Positions 24,401 to 36,905 of a stretch of 64,000 nt of DNA are shown piece by piece. Below the pieces are notes generated by a model. The model ran no database searches. It saw only the letters and a program-made list of their open reading frames with translations, and was not told the origin of the DNA. Made by a program: the position numbers and the translations under genes. The stretch is from Tubulanus polymorphus (taxonomy: Eukaryota > Animalia > Nemertea). How positions within the stretch are numbered: position 1 is the stretch's first letter; each line of letters opens with the position of its first letter. The stretch covers positions 4,804,600 through 4,868,599 of the forward strand of contig NC_134036.1 of NCBI RefSeq assembly GCF_964204645.1. The letters run 5' to 3'.

Positions 24401-27400
24401 AACTGGGTTCGATTCCCCTGCGAAATCGAAGAGGTTCATACGAGTTTCATTTGCGAAACTGAAAGATTTGCCATCGAAAATAGAACAGCAACAATGCGGA
24501 ATGTAATCAAAAACGACACATTTCTATTTCAAAATACTGATTTCAACGATTCGAACTGTACGATTGGTTGGGTAAACATAGATAAACAATGCTATCAAAT
24601 ACTGACAGATTGGAACAGATATCGAAGTCTTGATTCAAAAACTGCTACAGAGATGTGTCATAGTATCGGATCTGATATGGGCAAAATATTCCGTAACACA
24701 GAAAATGACATCTTAAATTTGATAAAATCATTTCAATATCAACATCAATATAGCTCTATACTAATGATGACTTCCAATGACAGACTGCAAGTTATAAACC
24801 CAATAATCACTAGAGATGAAATTACTTATATTCAATCAGTTAAATGGACGACGAAACAGTTTGATAATGCGACAGATACAGCGCATTCTGTTTTGTGTTC
24901 ATACAATGTAACTGATGAAGAGTTAACTTCTATAAGCGGTTGTAAATCGTGGCAGTTTAAATGTAACGATCAAAGATGTATAAGCGACCATCGCGTATGT
25001 GATACCAGACACGACTGTCAACACGGTGAAGATGAACTCATTTGTACGGATGTCAATTTACACAGTCAGTTTCAATGCGATGATGGTCAGATTATATCAA
25101 TAAGTGAATTCTGTGACTTCATACAGGATTGTCGGGATGGTTCGGATGAGGAATCTTGTATTCATCCCCCGTGTTTGTCTGTACAATTTCGCTGCACAAG
25201 TGGTCAATGTATCAGTAGGTCTAACAGATGTGATGGATTCACTAATTGTAAAGACGGATCAGATGAAATGGGATGCATTACTGAAATGTGTCAGGGGTTC
25301 CTGTGTAACAGTGGAGACTGTATTAGTTCTCAGTTGTATCAGGATGGTGTCGTGGATTGTAGTGGAAGCCTCGAAGAAGATGAATTAGTACCAACTACTA
25401 ATGTTACATTGAATCCTACTGTTCAGTGCAATAATGAAAACTACTGCACAACTAACTTCACAAATCTCTGTACGCAATCAGATGAACAAAGATGTTCCTT
25501 CAATTCTCCTCATTGTTATTCAAGACGTCACAGATGTATTCTAGAAAGAATGACAAATGGTTTCCCGGTTTGTAGAAATCTTGAGCACGTATTGAGATGT
25601 GAAGAATTTGAATGTCCAGCAGGTACTGCAAAATGTCCAGCATCGTACTGTATACCGATCAGACAGGTGTGCGATGGTCAATTGGATTGTCCTAATTCAG
25701 AAGATGAACAAAACTGCGAGACATTTTCGTGTCCAGGAATGTTTAAATGTGGTCAGGAAAATCGGTGTATTACACAATCTGAAGTTTGTGACGGTTTCGT
25801 GAATTGTAAACATACAACTGATGACGAGGCTTTCTGTAACGTCACGTGTCCGATGGGCTGTAGATGTCAAGGTCATTTGATTGATTGTGCCAATGCTCGT
25901 TTAAAAGATGTAACTGGTCTTTTCTCGACATCAAGTCGAGTTTTAATTCTGTCAAATAACAGAATCATTCTGAGCGAGTCGACGTTTGCTTCATTCGTTT
26001 ATCTTCGAATGCTTAACATCTCTTCCAATGAATTGTCTTATATTTCACCGAACTCGTTCACAAACCTGCATAATCTGCATACATTAGATCTTACATACAA
26101 CAACATAACATCATTATCCACAAACACATTCATCGGGTTGTATAATTTAAAAGAGTTATTGATAACTGAAAATCCTATACGCCATTTAGACGACTATACT
26201 TTTCAAGATTTAATGTCATTACAATTTCTGAACCTTCAAGGGCTTTCGCTATTGCTGCTTGGTAGAGATGTATTTAGAGGTTTATCTGCATTACAGTCGT
26301 TGAATATCAGCAGTAACAGAATCCATCATATTTCACGATATGCTTTTTCAGGATTAAATGAACTTAGAATTCTTGACATAACCAACAACTCTAAGTTCAT
26401 TTCCACAGCAAGAGGAGTTTTCATCAATCTGACATCATTAGTCTCGCTAACGTCTGACGCTTACAAATTTTGCTGCATGGCTCCGAATGTTGACCAGTGC
26501 CTTCCTAAAGCTGATCAGTTTTCCTCATGTTCTGATCTGATGGGTAACACAGTCCTCAGAGCTATCATCTGGGTCATCGCTGCGTTCAGTCTCTTCGCAA
26601 ACACGATTGTCATTTTATTTCGTCTTCGATCAATTCAACTTTCGTCCTCCGAAAAGCGTAACACATCCTCCGATATCCTTATTATCAATATCGCAGCTTG
26701 TGATTTTTTGATGTCGATTTATTTGTTTTCGATCGCGGGTGCAGATTACGTTTTTAAAGGAGTTTATTTCTTGAATTCTGAAACTTGGACGGACAGTTCA
26801 TTGTGTAGTTTCGCCGGAGTCACGGTGACTATTTCTTGTGAAGGCTCATTGACGTTTCTATTCATTCTAACACGGCATAGATTCTCGAATATCGTTAACC
26901 CATTTTCTGGAAGCCCGATTAAATCACCGAGATATGTGTCCATTATTTGTGGCGTGTGTTGGGTTATTATAAGTACAATCTCTATAATACCGCTGTCACA
27001 ATTATCTTATTTCGGTATTAAATTCTACGGTACTACTGGAGTTTGTTTACCTATGAATTTAATATCAATTGATGTCCACGCCTGGCAATATTCATTCGCT
27101 ATTTTTGCGGTATTCAACTCGTTCATACTCGCTACGATAATGACGACTTATGCGCAAATGTACAGACTCGTATCTGGAAGCAGGTCTGGTTCGGGTAGAA
27201 TTGACCCTACCGAACTGATTTTAGCACGTAGAAGTTTAGTGATAAATCTTTGTAATTTTTTTTGCTGGCTGCCGTTAATTACCGTTCAGTTTTGCGCGGT
27301 ACTACGGGTAGAAATACCGAATCAGGTGGCGGCTTGGCTGGCGGTTCTTTTCTTACCGATCAACTCGTCCCTCAATCCCCTTCTTTACACAATACTGACT

Positions 27401-27448
27401 ATCGATATGAAATCCATACGAGCAAAAACAAAACGCTTACGGCAATAA
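21474..27448 (+). CDS. GRL101-like CUB/CTL/LDLa/LRR GPCR copy 2, ~1928 aa
   Basis: Exons 21474-22700, 22802-24124, 24212-27448; introns 101 and 87 nt, phase 0; frame open. Confidence 0.92.
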
Positions 27449-29122
27449 ATATTTTAAACAGTCTAAACGCATTGATCAGGCAAATATTAGCGGGTTGTCC
27501 TATCTAAGCTCAAGAATTGTTATTTTTAATTGTACGTTCGAGTATTAAAGTTCACACATTTCACCCGAAATCATGCCCTCTCTGCAAGATGCGTCTGAAA
27601 ACGATAGACAATATTGGAATTTTAAAATGATATTAAACCTGAGCAAACGAAGTTATCAGAATATTTCTGAAATTTAATCGGGTGTGGGTATTCACGATAC
27701 GTGGAAACGATGCAACCCAAAATTGCTTTTGAATTGGATAAGAAATGTGGAGCGAATATCAAATTGCCCAAAATTACCGTGAGATGTTGAACCTGTTTTT
27801 TTTTTACTTTTCCTGCCAATTCAAGTTCTAAAACTAAAAAAATGAATCGACCTCGCAAATACTCAGCGCATCATCAGAGTTGTTAAAATTCTAAGCCGTC
27901 ACGTTTGATACATTCAGCCAAATCTTTGTTTTATTTTCCTGATATACGATAGCGAATATTTCGTTTCCTCTTGATCTCAACCGAATGCGAAATTTCGTTT
28001 TAAGAAAAAAAATAATTCTTTTCACAATGCGTGGGGGAGTATAGAATAGATTTTTATATCGCAAACACTTTCGTTTTGGATTCCTCCACTTTGACCGTAC
28101 GTACCAGTAACGTTAAGATAATAAATAGGTCAAGAGATTTTAGGGCGTTTTTTAAACCAGTGTTGTTTATAAGTAACGGTAAATTTCATTTTTATAGGAA
28201 ATCGATTTTTGCCCAGACTCGAGCTACCCACTCGCCAGTCGTCAACTGGTGGATCTGTCTTTCAATTACGAATGAATGTTAATACAGCCTACGAAGTATT
28301 TTACAGAACTGAATTGGATTGGAGAATGTTTACGCTGAAAGAAACCAATATCATGTGTTTTGGTCTAATGAAAAACCCAGACGATTTTGACATAACATCC
28401 AACTATGATATATCCTATCGATTTCCAATGACAAACACGAACCCGCTGTTTTATTCCCGGTATGTTTGATTTCTTGGTTTTATAACTCATTAATCTAATT
28501 AACATTAAACTAACCGATCGAACGAGTAAGAAGGGCAATACATATTTCAAGATCGAAAACTTAAAAACGCGGTTCGCGAATTCGCGAAAACGGCGCCTTA
28601 CTAACGCGTAAAGTAACGCGCTGCGACTGGATTGAACACACGCCAGTCGCCGATTTTCAAAACGGTTAAAATCCTGAAACCATGCGATGCGTATAAACTG
28701 CGATTCCAGTAATATTCATAAAGTCGAATTTTGTCGGACGGTCGAGCGAAAATATATATTCGACTAGCTAATAAAATATTAATTTAAAAATAAAATAGGC
28801 AAACGAACGACACGGAATAATTGGGATATTTTTATATATAATTGGACATGGATATTTACCGCGCCTAAAGGAAATGTGAAACGTGAAAATTGCTGCACAG
28901 ATTGATGGTAATTACTGGAGAACTCGTTCGAAAGAACTGTCAACGTTTGAAAATATATTTGTATCCTGAATTTGCTGATTGCAGCAAATGAATACTAAGA
29001 AATCTCAAATGCTCCATCATTTTCGGATAGAACATGAAGATAGAAAGTAATGTAAACAACCGATCAGTGATTGAGATAACAACTTTTGAATCTGGAATGA
29101 ATTCCAACGTTGTATCGTGTTG

Positions 29123-32100
29123 ATGTTGTTCGGTATGGAGCAGCGACTGAGAGCGCTGTTTATAGCGTCGCTGATCGTCTGTCAAGTTCGCATCGCGCGC
29201 GCTGATCGCGCAGACTCTATCGAGGAATCGTCTGTGACGGTAAGTTCGTCTTGTAACAACACGTGGTACCCGCTAGATTCTACGTCCGGTTACATCGTTT
29301 CACCGAATTACCCTTCGTTAACGCGCGGTGTTGAATGTCGTTGGTTCATCAACAGTTCTTTTACGGGGACTTTTCACGTCCAAGTTTACTACGATATTGG
29401 GCTTTCAATATTCTGTAGTGATAACTACCTTCTTGTTTACGAGTCTGAAAATAGATTGTGCGGTGTTGGAAAACATGAAATCCGCCGTAACGATTCGATC
29501 TCGTTGATGTTTAGGAGTAACGTCGATGGTGCGCGAGGTAGTCGGGTTTATGTCATATATAGTTATGAACGAAGCCGATTGAAAATCAGTCACGACTGTT
29601 TAAGACACAATATAAGATTGGGGATGCTAAAAGCTGAGCAGGGTTACAAATACACCGTAGGAAAAATAATGAATTGCCAGTTATTTGTTGAATGGAGCGG
29701 CATGCCGCGAGGTTATGCGTTGAATCTAACATTTATTGATACAACTTTTAGATTCTATTATGGTTGGAAATCATTGTCGGTAACCATGAAAATACACGAC
29801 GGTTGGAACACCAGCAATGAACCTTTAGCGCATATACCACACCAATCTGGACATCCAGCATCATCATTTTATACAAAAACAAACAAAGCTGTTTTGGTGT
29901 CACTGCTGACACATCTACAGTCACTGCTTTTAGTACAGACGTATAGAATATCTGATTGGAACGTCTCTAATCCGTTGATTCAGATCTCTAATAACGAATC
30001 GGGAGTGCTCATTCCCGATGACAACAGTTTACACGTAATAACCCGATCAAAACACTTACACTGCTGGTCTATCACAGTGCAGGTGTTACAGTACGTCGTC
30101 TTCAACTGGACACGTGATCTCATCACATCCGGTGACGTCATCGGTGTATATAAACAAGAAGGGTTACGCGTTGTAGGAACTGCTATTTCACTCGGTAACA
30201 ACTACCTGGAATCGCTGAGTGTCAAATCTGAAGGCTTTCTCGTCATACTGTGCATTTTGAGAGCAGGCGTCCGCAAAAATGCGAGATTTGAAATAAACTA
30301 TAAGATTGAATCTATTTCGATAGATGATTTAAAGGTCATCGACCGTGAGGTGAGTATCACCTGTGAAATAATTTTACCTCGTATTGAAATAAACTGAATT
30401 TATTAAAAATAAAAACTGTCTGATGTCCTCGAAATATTGGCTAAATCTAGGTACCGGTGAACCAGATGTTTTCTAAGACGCCGTTCGCGCTGTTTCCAAA
30501 ACGAATGAAAATCGTTGTGAATTATCGCGTCAGCAGATATGAGTTTAAATGGAAAGTGGATATCTATGAAGAAAATATGGAACTAACAGTTTTATCAGAG
30601 AACTGCGAGCGAGCTCTGGATTTTACATATACGACGGTGGTAATTTTACGGCTAGACGATACGGTCCGTATTGTCCTCGTTTATACGCCCCGTACGACCG
30701 TAACGTGGTCAGTCTGATTACATCCGGCGGGTCGGTTACTGTAGTAGGATACGCTTATAACTGGGACGGTCAGTTAACAGTCGATAAGGAATCATATCTC
30801 AGATTTCGTCCTACCGACTGTGACGGGTATGTTTTAAAGGATGGAGAACGTCAGATCAATATGACGTCAAACTGTCTCGTGATTACACCGGAAAAGCGAC
30901 GCCTTCCTTTTAGAAAAATTAATATATTATCAGAACACGAATATCAAATTGACCGATGTTTTCAGGATCACCTATCTTTTGGTTCTTGTACCAGGTATCT
31001 GCGATTGAGTAGTCAGTTGGTCAATAACAGTCTCGTATTAAACACTATGAAAATACGTAGGACGAATGTATTCTGGTTGTATTCATTATTAGTTAAACTA
31101 CGGCGTAAATGTCAACGATCGAAGGTAGTTGCAGGGGGTATTGACCAGACACCACTGAATGATAATTGCGGAATCATTCAGTCACCAAACTACCCGGGAT
31201 CAGCAGGGCAAACCAGAGAAGCATTAATATATAGTTTTCTACATAAGAATTTTCAGCGAATTCGATATTACAGATTTGTAATAAAATATACTGAAATAAT
31301 ACGATGTGAGAAAACAAAATCGTCAGACAAGGACCCGATTATGATAACGCAATCTATTACTGATACAACTAACGGTCAAAGACACCAACACGAAAATAGA
31401 ATATGTGACAATAACGCGATACCGGGACTTGTGTTTTATAGTTTAAGACATGAGAACCTCAAGTTTGAGGTGAAAAATTACATACCTACATTTCAAATAC
31501 AATACACATTTGAACAGTCGTTACCGGTAAAACAGTTTGAAAATGTCTGTAAATCGGGATTTCTAGATTCGGGAATTTCATGCGTTAAATACATCAGAGA
31601 TGAACGTCTGAATTGGAAGAATGCTGAATTGTACTGTAGACAGAAGTACGCGGGACATCTACTCAGTATCAACTCACAACAGGAAATGATTTCTATTAAA
31701 AGATTATTCGCTACAAAGTTTCTTCTAAAGGCATATTCACAGAACGCGCTCATAATGATGATTGGATTAAAACTGCAAGTAAGTCATAAAATAAGTCATA
31801 TGAAACTTTGTATATAAGAATTTGGGGTTATCTTTAATCACGTGTTTGCAACTTAATTTTTCAGCAAGTTTCTGGTTATTACACGTGGACTGACGGGAAA
31901 CCATTGAGCTACACAGAGTGGTATAAACCTACAAATAACGACACGATACCAGAAGTTATTCGAGGATTGATATCTCCTCTTAGAAAACAACCGATAAATG
32001 ACGTCAATATGCCGTGTACGGCGATGATACTGAATAATCCACGAGCATCAGCGAACTGGGTTCGATTCCCCTGCGAAATCGAAGAGGTCCACACGAGTTT

Positions 32101-35100
32101 CATTTGCGAAACTGAAAGAATTGATATCGAAAATAGAACAGCAACAATGTGGAATGTAACCAAAAACGACACATTTCTGATACGGGAAAATGCATTTCAA
32201 GATATTAAATTCAATGAATCGAGCTGTACGATTGGTTTAATAAGCATAGACAGACAATGCTATCTCTTACTAACGGACTGGAACACACATCGAGGTCTTG
32301 ATATAAAAACTGCGACGGAGATGTGTAATGGCGTCCGGGCCGAAGTAGGTAGTATAAGAATTAATATTCAAAAAGATATCTTAAATTTGATAACAGCATT
32401 TCAATATGAACATCAATATAGCTCTATACTAACGATAAGGTCTAATGACAGACTGCAAGTTATAAACCCAATAATCACCAGAGATGAAATTACTTATATT
32501 CAATCAGTTAAATGGATGATGAAACATTTTGATAATGCGACAGATACAGCGCATTCTGTGTTGTGTTCATACAATGTAACTGATGAAGAGTTAACTTCTA
32601 TAAGCGGTTGTAAATCGTGGCAGTTTAAATGTAACGATCAAAGATGTATCAGCGACCATCGCGTATGTGATACCAGACACGACTGCCAACACGGTGGAGA
32701 TGAACTCAATTGTACGGATATAAATTTCCACAGTCAGTTTCAATGCTATGATGGTCAAGTGATATCAATAAGTGGTTTCTGTGATTTCATACAAGATTGT
32801 GCGGATGGTTCTGATGAGGAATCTTGTATTCATCCCCCGTGTTTGTCTGTACAATTTCGCTGCACAAGTGGTCAATGTATCAGTAGGTCGAACAGATGTA
32901 ATGGAGTCACTGATTGTAAAGACGGATCAGATGAAATGGGATGCATTACTGAAATGTGTCAGGGGTTCCTGTGTAACAGTGGAGACTGTATTAGTTCTCA
33001 GTTATATCAGGATGGTGTCGTGGATTGTAGTGGAAGCCTCGAAGAAGATGAATTAGTAACAACTACTAATGCTACAATGAATCCTACGGTTCAGTGCAAT
33101 GATGAAAACTACTGCACAACTAACTTCACCAATCTCTGTACGGAATCAGATGAACAAAGGTGTTCTTTCGATTCTCCTCATTGTTATTCGAGACGTCACA
33201 GATGTATTCTAGAAAGAATGACAATTGGTTCCCCAGTTTGTAGAAATCTTGAGCACGTATTGAGATGTGAAGAATTTGAATGTCCGGCTGGTACTGTAAA
33301 ATGTCCAGCATCGTACTGTATACCGATCAGGCAGGTGTGCGACGGTCAATCAGATTGTCCTAATTCAGAAGATGAACAAATCTGCGAGACATTTTCATGT
33401 CCGGGAATGTTTAAATGTGGTCAGGAAAATCGGTGTATTCCACAATCTGACGTTTGCGACGGTTTCGTCAATTGTAAACATACAACTGATGACGAGGCTT
33501 TCTGTAACGTCACGTGTCCGATGGGCTGTATATGTCAAGGTAATTTCATTGATTGTGCGAATGCTCGTTTAAAAGATGTAACTGGTCTTTTCTCGACATC
33601 GAGTCGAGTTTTAATTCTGTCGAATAACAGAATTATTCTGAGCGAGTCGACGTTTTCTTTATTCGTTTATCTTCGAATGCTTAACATCTCTTCCAATGAA
33701 TTGTCTCATATTTTACCGAACTCGTTCACAAACCTGCATAATTTACATACATTAGATCTTAGGTACAACAACATAACATCATTATCCACAAACACATTCA
33801 TCGGGTTGTATAATTTAAAAGAGTTATTGATTACTGAAAATCCACTACGCCATTTAGATGACTATACCTTCCAAGATTTAATGTCATTACAATTTCTGGA
33901 CCTTCAAGGGCTTTCAGTTTTGCTACTTGGCAGAGATGTATTTAGAGGTTTATCTGCATTACAGTCGTTGGATATTAGCAGTAACAGAATCCATCATATT
34001 TCACGATATGCTTTTTCAGGATTAAATGAACTTAGAATTCTCGATATCACCAACAACTCTAAATTTATTTTGACAGAAAGAGGCGTTTTCGATAATCTGA
34101 CATCATTAGTCTCGTTAACGTCTGATGCTTACAAATTTTGTTGCATGGCTCCGAATGTTGACCAGTGTCTTCCTGAAGCTGATGAATTTTCCTCCTGTTC
34201 TGATCTGATGGGTAACACAGTCCTCAGAGCTATCATCTGGGTGATCGCTTCATTTAGTTTCTTCGGGAACAGTATCGTCATTTTATTTCGTCTTCGATCA
34301 ATTCGACTTTCATCCTCCGAGAAACGTAACACATCTTCTGATATCTTAATCATCAATATCGCAGCTTGTGATTTTCTCATGTCGATTTATTTGTTTTCGA
34401 TTGCGGGTGCAGATTATATTTATAAAGGAGATTATTTCCTAAATTCTGAAACTTGGACGGATAGTTCATTGTGTAGTTTCGCCGGAGTCACGGTGACTAT
34501 TTCTTGTGAAGGCTCATTGACGTTTCTATTTATTCTAACACGGCAGAGATTCTCGAATATCGTTAATCCATTTTCTGGAAGCCCGATTACATCACCGAGA
34601 TATGTGTGCATTATTTGTGGCGTGTGTTGGGTTATTATAAGTACAATCTCTATAATACCGCTGTCACAATTATCTTATTTCGGTATTAAATTCTACGGTA
34701 CTACTGGAGTTTGTTTACCTATGAATTTAATATCAATTGATGTCAACGCCTGGCAATATTCATTCGCTATTTTTGCGGTATTCAACTCGTTCATACTCGC
34801 TACGATAATGACGACTTATGCGCAAATGTACAGACTCGTATCTGGAAGCAGGACAGGTTCGGGTAGAATCGATCCTACGGAACTGGTTTTAGCACGAAGA
34901 AGTTTAGTGATAAATCTTTGTAATTTATTTTGCTGGCTGCCGTTAATTATCGTTCAGTTTTGCGCGGTATTTCGGATAGAAATACCGAATCAGGTGGCGG
35001 CTTGGCTGGCGGTTCTTTTCTTACCGATCAACTCGTCCCTCAATCCCCTTCTTTACACAATACTGACTATCGATATGAAATCCATACGAGCAAAAACAAA

Positions 35101-35113
35101 ACGCTTACGTTAA
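29123..35113 (+). pseudogene. GRL101-like receptor copy 3, frameshifted in exon 2
   Basis: Exons 29123-30349, 30451-31778, 31865-35113. A CT duplication at 30614-30617 (gagctCTgga vs gagctgga in all other copies) makes exon 2 1328 nt. Exons 1 and 3 are open. A sequencing error cannot be excluded. Confidence 0.8.
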
Positions 35114-36052
35114 TAAATGTTTTAAACAGTCTAAACGCATTGATCCGGCAAATATTATCGGGTTGTCCTATTTAAGCTAAAGAGTAGTTTTCATTTTGAT
35201 TATTCGTTCATAAAGTTCACACATTTCACCCCAAATCACCCCCTCTCTGCAAGACGCGTTGGGAACTATAGAAAATATTGGAATTTTAAACATGATATTG
35301 ATTTCACAAAAACCTGAGCGAACGAAGTTATCAGAATATTTCTGAAATATAATCGGGCGTGGGTATTAACGACACGTGGAAACGATGGAACCGAAAATTT
35401 ATTTAGAATTGGATAAGATATGTGGTGCGAATATCAAATTGCCCAAAATTACCGCGAGATGTTGAGCCTGTAATTTTTTATTTTACCTGCTAATTCAGGT
35501 TCATGAAAATAAAAGATGAATTGACCTCGTAAATACTCGGCGCATCATTAGAGTTGTTAAAATTCTAAGCCGTCATGTTTGAAACATTTAACCAAATCTT
35601 TACTTTATATCTAAAATAAGATAGCGAATATTTCGTTTCCTCTTGATCTCAATCGAATGCGAAATTTTGTTTTAAGAAAAAAAATAATTCTTTTCACAAT
35701 GCGCGGGGGAGTATAGAATAGATTTTTATATCGCAAACACTTTTGTTTTGGATTCCTCACTTTGACCGTACGTACGAGTAACGTTAAGATAATAAATAGG
35801 TCAAGAGATTTTTGGGCCTTTTTCAATCAGTGTTGTTCATAAGTAACTTAACGGTAAATTTCATTTTTATAGGAAATCGATTTTTGCCCAGACTTGAGCT
35901 ACCTACTCGCCAGTCATCAACTGGCGGATCTGTCTTTCAATTACGAATAAATATAAATACAGCCTACGAAGTATTTTACAGAACTGAATTGGATTGGAGA
36001 ATGTTTACGCTGAAAGTTACCAACTACGTGTTTGGTCTAAAGAAAAACCCAG

Positions 36053-36160
36053 GACCCAGTTCTACAGTTGAGAGTAAGAGTTAACTCTCAGTTAAAGTTA
36101 GTTCATTTCTAATGTTTTAACTCAGCGTCAAATCTAAACTCAGAACTGTGGAATTGGACC
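36053..36160 (+). mobile_element. 108-bp MITE inserted in the copy 3-4 spacer, CAG TSD (PIF/Harbinger-like)
   Basis: Absent from the other five spacers, which read aaaacccagacga; CAG at 36050-36052 and 36161-36163; TIRs gacccagttctacagtt / aactgtggaattggacc. Confidence 0.92.
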
Positions 36161-36905
36161 CAGACGAATTTGACATAACATCCAACTATGATATATCCTA
36201 TCGATTTCCAATGACAAACACGAACCCGCTGTTTTATTCCCGGTATGTTTGATTTCTTGGTTTTATAACTCATTAATCTAATTAACATTAAACTAACCGA
36301 TCGAACGAGTAAGAAGGGCAATACATATTTCAAGATCGAAAACTTAAAAACGCGGTTTGCGAATTCGTGAAAACGGCGCCTTACTAACGCGTAAAGAAAC
36401 GCGCTGCGACTGGATTGAACACACGCCAGTCGCCGATTTTCAAAACGGTTAGAATCCTGAAACCATGCGATGCGTATAAACTGCGATTCCAGTAATATTC
36501 ATAGGGTCGAATTTTGTTGGACGGTCGAGCGAAAATATATATTCGACTAGCTAATGAAATATTAATTTCAAAATAAAATACGTAAACGAACGACACGAAA
36601 TAAGTGGGATATTTTTATGTATAATTGGACATGGATATTTACCGCGCCTAAAGGAAACGTGAAACGTGAAAATTGCTGCACAGATTGATGGTAATTACTG
36701 GAGAACTCGTTCGAAAGAAATGTCAACGTTTGAAAATATTTTTTTATCCTGTATTTGATGATTGCAACAAATGATAAGTTAGAAATCTAAAATGCTCCGT
36801 CATTTATGGAGAAAATTTGAAGATAGAAAGTAATGTGAAAAGGCGATCAGTGATTGAAATAACAACTTTTGAATCAGGAATGAATTCCAACGTTGTGTCG
36901 TGTTG

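Noticed and set aside
25104-25388. Recurrent 94-aa alternative-frame ORF (also 32772, 40553, 48214, 55690, 63353) and recurrent antisense ORFs
   Set aside because: They recur only because the host exon is duplicated; non-ATG starts, truncated in copy 1, no recognisable domain
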